Part shown: positions 50,328 to 58,455 of the stretch, piece by piece | Position numbering within the stretch: the first letter of the stretch is position 1 | Layout: every line of letters begins with the position of its first letter | Source of the DNA: Cyanobacteria bacterium QS_4_48_99 | GTDB lineage: Bacteria > Cyanobacteriota > Cyanobacteriia > Cyanobacteriales > Rubidibacteraceae | Length of the DNA: 64,000 nucleotides | Assembly: GCA_003021505.1 (NCBI GenBank) | Contig: PXPT01000182.1 | Location: forward strand, 531-64,530 | Direction of reading: 5' to 3' | Made by a program: the position numbers and the translations under genes | Notes under the pieces: model-generated | The model's input: only the letters and a program-made list of their open reading frames with translations | What the model was told of the DNA's origin: nothing | The model's database searches: none

Positions 50328-52042
50328 GGGAAGCACTGTTTCGCGTGGAAAATTTGCGGGTTGCCTACCAACCCAGTAGTAGTGAACAGTCCCCAACCTG
50401 GGCAGTGGATGATGTTTCGTTCACCCTCGATTCCGGGGAAAGACTGGGATTGGTGGGGGAATCAGGATGTGGCAAGTCTACTTTAGGGCGAGCCTCGATG
50501 CGGTTATTACCGACAGCAATAATTGAGGGAGGCGTTTGGTTTCAAGGGCAGTCGGTGTTGGATTTGAATTCCGCCCAGTTACGCCAGTTTCGTGGAGAAG
50601 CAGTGGCGTTAGTCTTTCAAGATCCCATGACTCGCCTCGATCCCCTCATGACAATTGGGGAGCACTGTATTGAGACATTGCAGGCGCATCAATCCCACTT
50701 ATCGCGCAAGCAGGCAAAGGCGAAGGCGATTGAAACTTTAGAGGCGGTAAAAATTCCGGCAAACCGCTGGTTACAGTATCCCCATGAGTTTAGTGGGGGG
50801 ATGCGACAACGGGTAGCGATTGCTCTGGCTTTGTTGCTCGATCCCAAACTGATTGTCGCGGATGAACCGACAACAAGCCTGGATGTGACAGTCGCCTCCG
50901 AGATTCTCCAGGAACTCACCCGCTTGTGCCAGCAGCGGGGTTTAGCCCTGTTGCTTATTTCCCACGATTTGGCAATGGTGGGGAAATATTGTGATCGCCT
51001 TGCCGTAATGTACCAGGGCAAAATGGTTGAAATGGGAGCAGCGGGAACAGTTTTAGGTAATCCTCAACACGAATATACGCGATCGCTTCTCGAAGCCGCT
51101 TTGCATCTGCAAGGGGACAAAGGGGAAAAAGACGCGGGGACACGGGGACACGGGGAAGCGGTGAAGACTGCGGAACACAAAAACTCTCCGCGTCAGTCCC
51201 TAAGGGACTCCTCACTCCTCACTCCCTTACTCAGAGTTACAAACCTCAAGCAGCACTACACCCTGGAGCATAATTTCTTGCAGCAGCTTTTTTCTGGGGA
51301 AGCATCTGCAATTAAAGCAGTCGATGGGGTGAGTTTTGCGCTGTATCCTGGAGAAATTTTTGGGCTGGTGGGGGAATCGGGTTGCGGGAAAAGTACCCTC
51401 TCGCGGGCGATTTTGCAGCTTGTGCGTCCCACTTCCGGAAGTGTAGAGTTCCTTGAGCAGGATTTGACTCAGCTTTCCACCTCAGCCGTGCGGCAGTTTC
51501 GTCGTCAAATGCAGATGGTGTTTCAAGATCCCTTGGCGTGTCTCAATCCCTTGATGAAGGTGGGGACGAGTATTACTGAGCCGCTATTGATTCACGAACT
51601 TGCCAGCCCTGCTCAGGCAAAAGTCCAGGTAGAAAAGATGCTGGAGAGAGTAGGCTTAACTCCTGTGGCTGACTACTATCAGCGTTACCCAGCAGACTTG
51701 TCCGGCGGACAGCAGCAACGAGTGGCAATCGCACGAGCTTTAATCACGCAACCGCAGTTGCTCATTTGTGATGAACCTGTCAGTATGCTGGATGCTAGTG
51801 TGCAGGCGCGGGTGCTGGCACTGATGCGGGTTCTCAAAGAAGAATTTAATCTTACCTATTTGTTTATTACTCACGACTTATCAGTGGCGAGGTTTTTATG
51901 TAATCGCATTGCTGTGATGAATGCGGGACAAATTGTCGAGTGTGGCAGTACTAACGAGATTTTTAATCACCCTCAGCACGCTTACACCCAGAAACTCTTG
52001 CAAGCTGCCCCCGAACTTGTATTAAATCCGTTTGATGAATAA
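50324..52042 (+). CDS. ABC transporter ATP-binding protein with duplicated ATPase domains (DppD/DppF-YejF type)
   Basis: Two complete sets of motifs: GESGCGKST x2, SGGMRQR/SGGQQQR, and ADEPTTSLD/CDEPVSMLD. The ATG at 50324 overlaps the stop of the preceding ORF (ATGA). Confidence 0.9.
   Translation: MREALFRVENLRVAYQPSSSEQSPTWAVDDVSFTLDSGERLGLVGESGCGKSTLGRASMRLLPTAIIEGGVWFQGQSVLDLNSAQLRQFRGEAVALVFQDPMTRLDPLMTIGEHCIETLQAHQSHLSRKQAKAKAIETLEAVKIPANRWLQYPHEFSGGMRQRVAIALALLLDPKLIVADEPTTSLDVTVASEILQELTRLCQQRGLALLLISHDLAMVGKYCDRLAVMYQGKMVEMGAAGTVLGNPQHEYTRSLLEAALHLQGDKGEKDAGTRGHGEAVKTAEHKNSPRQSLRDSSLLTPLLRVTNLKQHYTLEHNFLQQLFSGEASAIKAVDGVSFALYPGEIFGLVGESGCGKSTLSRAILQLVRPTSGSVEFLEQDLTQLSTSAVRQFRRQMQMVFQDPLACLNPLMKVGTSITEPLLIHELASPAQAKVQVEKMLERVGLTPVADYYQRYPADLSGGQQQRVAIARALITQPQLLICDEPVSMLDASVQARVLALMRVLKEEFNLTYLFITHDLSVARFLCNRIAVMNAGQIVECGSTNEIFNHPQHAYTQKLLQAAPELVLNPFDE
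51111..51228. repeat. repeat module in-frame between the two ATPase domains
   Basis: 'aaggggacaaaggggaaaaagacgcggggacacggggacacggggaagcgg...ctctccgcgtcagtccctaagggactcctcactcctcactccc'. Confidence 0.75.
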
Positions 52043-52043
52043 A

Positions 52044-52148
52044 AAACTCTCTGCGTCAAAAGAAGGCAAAGGGCAAGAGGCAAAAGGGGAAAATAATGAT
52101 GTAAGCGATAATACTTTCGCCTTTCGCCTTCCGAGACTCTCCGCGTTT
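52044..52148. repeat. hairpin repeat (GGCAAAG arrays / CTTTCGCC arrays)
   Basis: 'gaaggcaaagggcaagaggcaaaagggg...ctttcgcctttcgccttcc', flanked by 'aactctctgcgtc' and 'gactctccgcgt'. Confidence 0.7.
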
Positions 52149-52180
52149 GTCGTAACTATGGTTATTTAACCAGACTGAAA

Positions 52181-54022
52181 TTACTTCCCGCCCGCCATTA
52201 AAAAAAGTCGCTGTGGCGCTAACTGAATTTTCCAGGGTTGGGGACGTTCTTTGAGTGTGTTCCACTTCTCCTTAAAAAGTTCTGCTTGCAGATGATAATC
52301 TTGAGGCGTACTAGGAGGCTGATCAAGCTTGAGATAAATAGTTATGCGATCCTGGGTCTCACTAGTCTGTGCCAGCCAGCACGGGAAAGTATTCTCTAGA
52401 TTTGGTTCCTGGGGAAAACTAAAATGATGGGCGCGAATGCCTATGTACGTTAGTCGTTCCGAGACAGGTTCCATTACCCAGATAGTGCAGCCCCAATCTA
52501 GAGCTTCGACTAACTGGGGCGCAACCACTCGAATACGGGAAAAGTTTTTACACTCTGTGAGTTGAGCTACTTTATAGGTGGGAGGTCGCTCAAAAATATC
52601 TGCCTTGGGTCCATGGGCAATAATTTTTCCCTCTGAAAGAACCAGGAGATTATTGCAAACTCGATAAGCTTCTTCTAATTTGTGGGTAATAAAGAGCGTG
52701 ACACCTTGATAGGAAGAAAGAACTTCAGCAAGTAGCTTTTCAATCTGACTACGTAGATAAGTATCCAGTGCTGATAGGGGTTCATCTAAGAGTAATGCTT
52801 CTGGTTCTATCGCTAAAGCTCTTGCTAAGGCAACCCGCTGCTGTTGACCACCGGAAAGTTGGTGAGGATAGCGGGCTTCTAGTCCCTGCAACTGCATTAG
52901 ATCCATATAGCTTGCAACTCGCTGGGCACGTTCTGCTTTAGACAATCTTTGTAAACCAAAGGCAATGTTTTGAGCCACGCTTAGATGAGGAAAAAGTGCG
53001 TAGTTTTGAAAGACAAAGCCAATCCGACGCTGGTAACTGGGCAGGTTAATGCCTAGTTGCGAATCGAATAGGACTCGCTCATTTAAAATAATGCGACCTT
53101 GAGTGGGCGTTTCCAACCCAGCAATGCAGCGCAAGGTCATACTCTTGCCAGAACCGGAAGCTCCCAGAATTCCCAGAGGCGCACTTGCTGCAGTGAAGGA
53201 TGTCTCCAGCGTAAACCCAGAAAGGTTTTTTTGCAGGTCTACCGAAATTCTTCCGCATCCCCGCGTCACCGCGTCACCGGGTCCCCGGGTCTCCCTAGCC
53301 AGAGGTTGCCCTAGAATTAAGCAATCAAACAGGCGTGCGACCGCTGTGTTCCCCTTCTTAGAATAATATTGGGATGTAGACCAACAATTCAGGGATGTAA
53401 TGACAGCTAGAGCGATCGCTATCATAATCAGCACCCAGCCTAGAGCCTGTCCCATCTCGCCTGCTTGAGCCGCAACAAAGATCGCAATAGGGATGGTTTG
53501 CGTTTTACCGGGAACGCTGCCCGCCAGCATTAATGTCGCCCCGAATTCACCCAAGGCTCTTGCAAACGCCAGAATCGTGCCTGCCACGACACCTGGGTAG
53601 GCTAAGGGTAATAGAACTTGCCAAAATATCCTCCTCTCAGTTGCCCCTAATGTGCGAGCGACACGAGAAAGATCGGGATCGACTTGTTCTAGTGACCCCA
53701 GCGCTGTTTTATACATCAAGGGAAAGGCAACCACTGTCGCCGCGATTACCGTTGCAGACCAAGTGAAAATCAGATTGATTCCCAGTTGCTTCAAAAGCTG
53801 CCCAATTGGGCTATTTCTGCCCAGTAGCAGCAGTAGCACAAAACCAACCACTGTGGGCGGAAGAACGAGAGGAAGGGTTAAAATACTATCAATTAGCCCT
53901 CTCCCTTTTCCTTGATGCCAAAACATCCAGTAAGCCGCCGCAATTCCCAAAAAAAAGGCGAAAATTGTAGCTAAAAGAGCAGTTTTCACCGAAATCCACA
54001 AGGGAGAGAAATCGAATTCCAT
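52181..54022 (-). CDS. modBC: fused molybdate ABC transporter permease/ATP-binding protein ModBC
   Basis: The N-terminal half is a ModB-type permease (EFGATLMLAG). The C-terminal half is an ATPase (GASGSGKS, LSGGQQQRVALARAL, LLDEPLSALD) with a TOBE-like end. It is adjacent to modA. Confidence 0.9.
   Translation of the reverse strand: MEFDFSPLWISVKTALLATIFAFFLGIAAAYWMFWHQGKGRGLIDSILTLPLVLPPTVVGFVLLLLLGRNSPIGQLLKQLGINLIFTWSATVIAATVVAFPLMYKTALGSLEQVDPDLSRVARTLGATERRIFWQVLLPLAYPGVVAGTILAFARALGEFGATLMLAGSVPGKTQTIPIAIFVAAQAGEMGQALGWVLIMIAIALAVITSLNCWSTSQYYSKKGNTAVARLFDCLILGQPLARETRGPGDAVTRGCGRISVDLQKNLSGFTLETSFTAASAPLGILGASGSGKSMTLRCIAGLETPTQGRIILNERVLFDSQLGINLPSYQRRIGFVFQNYALFPHLSVAQNIAFGLQRLSKAERAQRVASYMDLMQLQGLEARYPHQLSGGQQQRVALARALAIEPEALLLDEPLSALDTYLRSQIEKLLAEVLSSYQGVTLFITHKLEEAYRVCNNLLVLSEGKIIAHGPKADIFERPPTYKVAQLTECKNFSRIRVVAPQLVEALDWGCTIWVMEPVSERLTYIGIRAHHFSFPQEPNLENTFPCWLAQTSETQDRITIYLKLDQPPSTPQDYHLQAELFKEKWNTLKERPQPWKIQLAPQRLFLMAGGK
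53251..53296. repeat. short CCCCGCGT/CACCGCGT-type repeat in the ModB-ModC linker
   Basis: 'cttccgcatccccgcgtcaccgcgtcaccgggtccccgggtctccc', translated (minus strand) as RETRGPGDAVTRGCGR. Confidence 0.65.
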
Positions 54023-54185
54023 AATGCCTTGAGGCTTATACCATTTTTCAAAAACGATGACAGAAAAAAAGGCAGCGGTTTTGGGTAAAGGAACTCTCCC
54101 TTCGCCTTAAACATTTCCCCGCGCTGTAGGCGCTTTCCCCCCAGCCAAAGATCGAGCATCGCGACTATAGAAAATTGGTATTAGA

Positions 54186-55043
54186 TTACTGTGTTGCCGG
54201 AATAAAGTCGTATTTCTCGAATATGGCGCTAGCTTTGTCACTAGAGAGAAACTGAACGAACTCCCTAGCAGCTTCAGGCATTTTACTATCTTTAATGACT
54301 GCGACTGGATAGATAATTGGAGAATGGGAGTCTTGCGGTGCAGTAGCTACCACTATAACTTGGTTAGAGATGCTGGCATCTGTGGCATAGACAATGCCTG
54401 CATCAACGTTCCCTGTCTCCACGTAAGAGAGGACTTGGCGGACATCCTGGGCGAAGACTGTCTTCGGTTTAAGTTCTTGATAAAGATGGAGAGAATTTAA
54501 GACTTCCTTGCCATATCGTCCGGCGGGTACAAATTGTGGATTTCCAATGGAGAATCGCTCTACTTTGCTATTAGTTAAGTCCTCAAAATTAGAGATATCA
54601 GCAGCATTTGTATTTTTAGGTGCAATTAATACAACTTGATTTTTCAGGAGAGCTTTGCGAGTTCCTCCTAGTAAAAGACTTTGGGTTTGTAAAGCGTTCA
54701 TCTGTTGTTGATCCGCCGAAACAAAGACATCGACTGGCGCTCCCTGTTCTATCTGCTGCTGCAAAGTACCAGAACTAGCAAAGTTGTAACTAACATCAGT
54801 GTTTTGGTGTTCCTGTTGGTAAAATTGTCCGGCTGCTTTGATTGCATCTTGCATACTGGCAGCAGCCGATACTGTGAGGGTGACTTGCTGCGACGCTGGA
54901 TTATTGGGAGAAGAAAAACTGCAAGCAGCCAAAAGTGACAGCAGGCATAACCAAAGAAACCCCAATCTTTTCACTATTATCTGTCTAGGCTTCCATACGC
55001 GTTGCCAAAATAAATCGCAGAACGCGATCGGTGCACTACACAA
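54186..55043 (-). CDS. modA: molybdate ABC transporter substrate-binding protein ModA
   Basis: Lipoprotein-type signal (LLAACS) and ModA-like blocks (VSAAASMQDA, FASSGTLQQQIEQGAPVDVFVSAD, IGNPQFVPAGRYGKE). Confidence 0.88.
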   Translation of the reverse strand: MCSAPIAFCDLFWQRVWKPRQIIVKRLGFLWLCLLSLLAACSFSSPNNPASQQVTLTVSAAASMQDAIKAAGQFYQQEHQNTDVSYNFASSGTLQQQIEQGAPVDVFVSADQQQMNALQTQSLLLGGTRKALLKNQVVLIAPKNTNAADISNFEDLTNSKVERFSIGNPQFVPAGRYGKEVLNSLHLYQELKPKTVFAQDVRQVLSYVETGNVDAGIVYATDASISNQVIVVATAPQDSHSPIIYPVAVIKDSKMPEAAREFVQFLSSDKASAIFEKYDFIPATQ

Positions 55044-55995
55044 TGCTCAAGCAACGGATGGGAGCCAAATCCGAGGCGAGCTGCTTCCACGTCAAACCGG
55101 TATCATCCGACACGAAAATCTCACCCTCGCTCGTTCCGAAAGCAGCCCAATTGTTTGAGGTGGCGAGGCATCCTGTGTTGATATTGTCCGAGAACCACTC
55201 AGGCAGCCCGCGTTCGCACTTCTGGAATGATCCCGGCTGATCGAGTGGGTGTCGATAGACTGCCGCTTTGCCAGCATGGGGACCAAGCGAAGCGGTTATC
55301 AAAACCGTCTCTCTAGAAACTGCCACGGCACGCGCATAGCTACCATGCAGGTGGGCACGGTCGAAGCGCCAGGAATTCCCTCCATCTGTGCTAGTAGCCA
55401 GTCCCTCAGCCGTAGCTGCCAGCACGAAGCCAGGACGCCCGGGAATAGTTCGCACTTGGTGGACATCGGAGTCGATGTCGATAGTTTGCTGCCATGACCC
55501 TCCCTGGTCATCCGAGCGCAAGATTCCCCCCACATGCACGTTCGCGTAGAGTTCACCTGAGTGACCCACTGCTAGGGAGCGAACATCTGGAGGACCACCC
55601 CACGGCGTGTACCAGTTGTTGCGTCCTTCCGCCCTCTCGAAGCCGTCGATGTACTCAATGCTTCCGTCTGCAACACGCACCAAATGAGCCTCAGACGTTC
55701 CGACCAGAACTGTTTCCTCCAGCGGCAGGATGCACTTCAGTTGTAGATCACTGCTTGAAGCCACCATATGCCACTCGCCATCAGGATTGCGGTGCCACAC
55801 TGAGTCGCGGTTAACCACTGCCCACAGCCCATCAGGACTGGGAGCGAGAGACGTAACTTGGTAGCCTTCGAGTTCAATGTGCTGCTGGGAGCCTCCCAAC
55901 CACAAGCCTTCGGAAGTTCCTGCTATTACCGAGGCGCGAGTGGAATGCTCGATCTCGGCAAGGTTTGCCTGCTTATGTTCGAGGTTTACAGACAT
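55036..55995 (-). CDS. cytoplasmic BNR/Asp-box repeat beta-propeller-like protein
   Basis: Three Asp-box-like motifs (SDDQGGSW, STDGGNSW, SDDTGLTW) and no signal peptide. Its 3' end overlaps the modA start by 8 nt. Confidence 0.6.
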   Translation of the reverse strand: MSVNLEHKQANLAEIEHSTRASVIAGTSEGLWLGGSQQHIELEGYQVTSLAPSPDGLWAVVNRDSVWHRNPDGEWHMVASSSDLQLKCILPLEETVLVGTSEAHLVRVADGSIEYIDGFERAEGRNNWYTPWGGPPDVRSLAVGHSGELYANVHVGGILRSDDQGGSWQQTIDIDSDVHQVRTIPGRPGFVLAATAEGLATSTDGGNSWRFDRAHLHGSYARAVAVSRETVLITASLGPHAGKAAVYRHPLDQPGSFQKCERGLPEWFSDNINTGCLATSNNWAAFGTSEGEIFVSDDTGLTWKQLASDLAPIRCLSIV

Positions 55996-56074
55996 ATGTG
56001 CCCCTTGCTTTTTAAAGCTTTTTCTTTATAATCTAGTTTAGCACTTTTAAAAAATTTTTCTTTATTTTGTCAGT

Positions 56075-56728
56075 ATGAACGCAAAGGCACAGAACAAATC
56101 AGCTACTGCTCGCACCCGAGGTGCAATTATCAACCTGCTCAAGCAGGAAGGGTCGATGGATGCCCCGGCTTTGGCAGAACGCCTAGAGGTTACGGCGATG
56201 GCTGTGCGTCAGCACCTCTACGACCTGCAAAAAGAACGCTTGGTGACTTATACTGAACAGCAACGCTCTATGGGTAGACCTGCCAAGTTGTGGCAGTTGA
56301 CCACTGAGGCTAATCGTTTCTTTCCAGAGCGCTACGCCGAGTTAAGCCTGAACCTGATTCACTCGATCAGGGAAGTGTTCGGCGAAGAGGGACTCACGCG
56401 CCTGCTAGAAATCCAAACTCGCCAAAAGATGGAAGCCTATCAAGCGCAAATGCCCGAAAATGGCTCGCTTGAAAAGCGTGTTGAAGCTCTGGCTGCACTG
56501 CGTACTGAGGAGGGGTATATGGCTGAGGTTGAGCAAAGTCCGGATGGCTCCTTCCTGCTGATTGAAAACCACTGTCCCATCTGTACCGCTGCTATGGCTT
56601 GTAAGGGGCTATGTAGTAGTGAGCTAGAAGTATTTCGCAGCATCTTGGGTGAGGATGCGCTGGTGGAGCGAACTGAGCATATCGTGGCGGGTGAGCGTCG
56701 TTGTGTCTACCAGGTGAAAGCATTTTAG
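56075..56728 (+). CDS. winged-HTH transcriptional regulator with a C-terminal Cys cluster (ArsR/SufR-like)
   Basis: N-terminal HTH (RGAIINLLKQEGSMDAPALAERLEVTAMAVRQHLYDL) and a C-terminal NHCPICTAAMACKGLCSSELEVF...RRCVY. Confidence 0.62.
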   Translation: MNAKAQNKSATARTRGAIINLLKQEGSMDAPALAERLEVTAMAVRQHLYDLQKERLVTYTEQQRSMGRPAKLWQLTTEANRFFPERYAELSLNLIHSIREVFGEEGLTRLLEIQTRQKMEAYQAQMPENGSLEKRVEALAALRTEEGYMAEVEQSPDGSFLLIENHCPICTAAMACKGLCSSELEVFRSILGEDALVERTEHIVAGERRCVYQVKAF

Positions 56729-56808
56729 TTAACTAGTCCAAGTGGTTGTCGAGCGATCGCGCATAGGAAGGGATAATAGTAATGAGAGATTGTGGAGACT
56801 GAGCGCTC

Positions 56809-58359
56809 ATGAAACGTCTGGCACTGCTGAGTGTATCGGATAAAACAGGAATCATTGACCTAGCCCGTCAACTAGTGGAAGAATTTGAGTTTGAGTTAAT
56901 CAGCAGTGGTGGAACCGCCCAGGCCATTCAAGAGGCGGGGTTATCTGTTACTAAAATTGCTGATTATACCGGGTTTCCTGAGATTTTAGGCGGGAGGGTG
57001 AAAACGCTTCATCCCCGCATACATGGTGGCATTCTGGGGCGGCGTGATCTCTCCCAAGATCAGGCAGATTTGGAGGCAAATCAGATTCCTCCGCTTGATT
57101 TGGTGGTAGTGAATCTTTATCCATTTGAGCAAACCATTGCCCAGCCTGGGGTTAAAAAATCAGAGGCGATCGAGAACATTGATATCGGTGGTCCCACACT
57201 ACTGAGGGCAGCAGCGAAAAACTTTGCTCACCTAACCGTTCTGTCGAACCCTGCACGATATGATGATTACTTGCAAGAGTTGCGTGATTGCGGTGGAGAA
57301 CCTTCTCTTACCTTTCGCCAAGCGAGGGCAGAGGAAGCTTTTGCACTGACTGCAAGTTATGATGCTAGCATCTCTTCCTACTTTGCTAATCTCAACTCGG
57401 AAGGGACAGAAGAGTCTTTCCCCACTCAATTTGCCCTCTCAGGCACTCAACTGCAATCCCTCCGCTACGGGGAAAATCCTCACCAAAGCGCTACCTGGTA
57501 TCAAACCGGGACAACACCTACAGGTTGGGCAGCCGCTACGAAACTCCAGGGGAAAGAACTGAGTTACAACAATCTCGTTGATTTAGAAGCGGCACGACGC
57601 CTCATTGCTGAGTTTCGCGAAGAACCAGCGGCGGCGGTTCTCAAGCATACTAATCCTTGTGGTGTTGCTGTTAGCACTACCCTTGCCGACGCTTACGAAA
57701 AAGCCTTCAACGCTGACGCAGTTTCCGCCTTTGGGGGAATTGTTGCTCTCAACCAGCCGATTAATGCGGCTACGGCGGAGATAATCGCAAAAACCTTTTT
57801 AGAAGGCGTTGTCGCACCGGATTGCGAACCCGAGGCAAAGGATATTCTTGCGAAGAAATCGAAGCTGCGAGTGTTATTAATGCCCAATTTAAAGCAGGGT
57901 TCTCCGTATAGTATAAAAGTGATCGCCGGGGGATTTCTTGCCCAAGCTTCGGATGAGGTGATTGATAATTCTGACAAGTGGGAGGTAGCCACCGAAAAGC
58001 AACCCACTCCCCAACAAATGACAGAGATGCTATTTGCTTGGAAGGCTGCCAAGCACGTCAAATCAAATGCAATTGTGGTCACGCGTGATCGCACCACCAT
58101 CGGCATTGGCGCAGGGCAAATGAATCGCATCGGTGCGGTTAAAATTGCCCTTGAACAAGCTGGAGAAAATGCACAGGGAGCAATCCTTGCCAGTGATGGT
58201 TTCTTCCCCTTTGATGACTCTGTGCGAAGTGCAGCCGCAGCCGGAATTACTACAATTATTCAACCTGGTGGATCTCTAAAAGACCAAGATTCTATTCAAG
58301 CCGCTAACGAACTGGGTGTAGTTATGGTTCTCACAGGTACGCGCCACTTTTTGCATTAG
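56809..58359 (+). CDS. purH: bifunctional AICAR transformylase / IMP cyclohydrolase
   Basis: ALLSVSDKTG, SSGGTA and VKTLHP in the N-terminal MGS domain, and a C-terminal AICARFT domain ending TGTRHFLH. Confidence 0.96.
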   Translation: MKRLALLSVSDKTGIIDLARQLVEEFEFELISSGGTAQAIQEAGLSVTKIADYTGFPEILGGRVKTLHPRIHGGILGRRDLSQDQADLEANQIPPLDLVVVNLYPFEQTIAQPGVKKSEAIENIDIGGPTLLRAAAKNFAHLTVLSNPARYDDYLQELRDCGGEPSLTFRQARAEEAFALTASYDASISSYFANLNSEGTEESFPTQFALSGTQLQSLRYGENPHQSATWYQTGTTPTGWAAATKLQGKELSYNNLVDLEAARRLIAEFREEPAAAVLKHTNPCGVAVSTTLADAYEKAFNADAVSAFGGIVALNQPINAATAEIIAKTFLEGVVAPDCEPEAKDILAKKSKLRVLLMPNLKQGSPYSIKVIAGGFLAQASDEVIDNSDKWEVATEKQPTPQQMTEMLFAWKAAKHVKSNAIVVTRDRTTIGIGAGQMNRIGAVKIALEQAGENAQGAILASDGFFPFDDSVRSAAAAGITTIIQPGGSLKDQDSIQAANELGVVMVLTGTRHFLH

Positions 58360-58454
58360 TCTCATTAGTCCGTAGTCGGTAGTCATTAGTAACTAATACT
58401 TAAGCTCTGTAAACGTTAGCCAAAACATGACCAATGACTGATGACTAATGACTG
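58355..58454. repeat. inverted heptamer arrays (CATTAGT / TAATGAC)
   Basis: 'cattagtctcattagtccgtagtcggtagtcattagtaactaat...catgaccaatgactgatgactaatgactg'. Confidence 0.75.
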
Positions 58455-58455
58455 T

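Noticed and set aside
55996-56074. Possible Moco riboswitch upstream of the mod operon
   Set aside because: Only 79 nt of AT-rich spacer is shared with a divergent promoter. This is too short and lacks the GC-rich helices of the Moco RNA motif.
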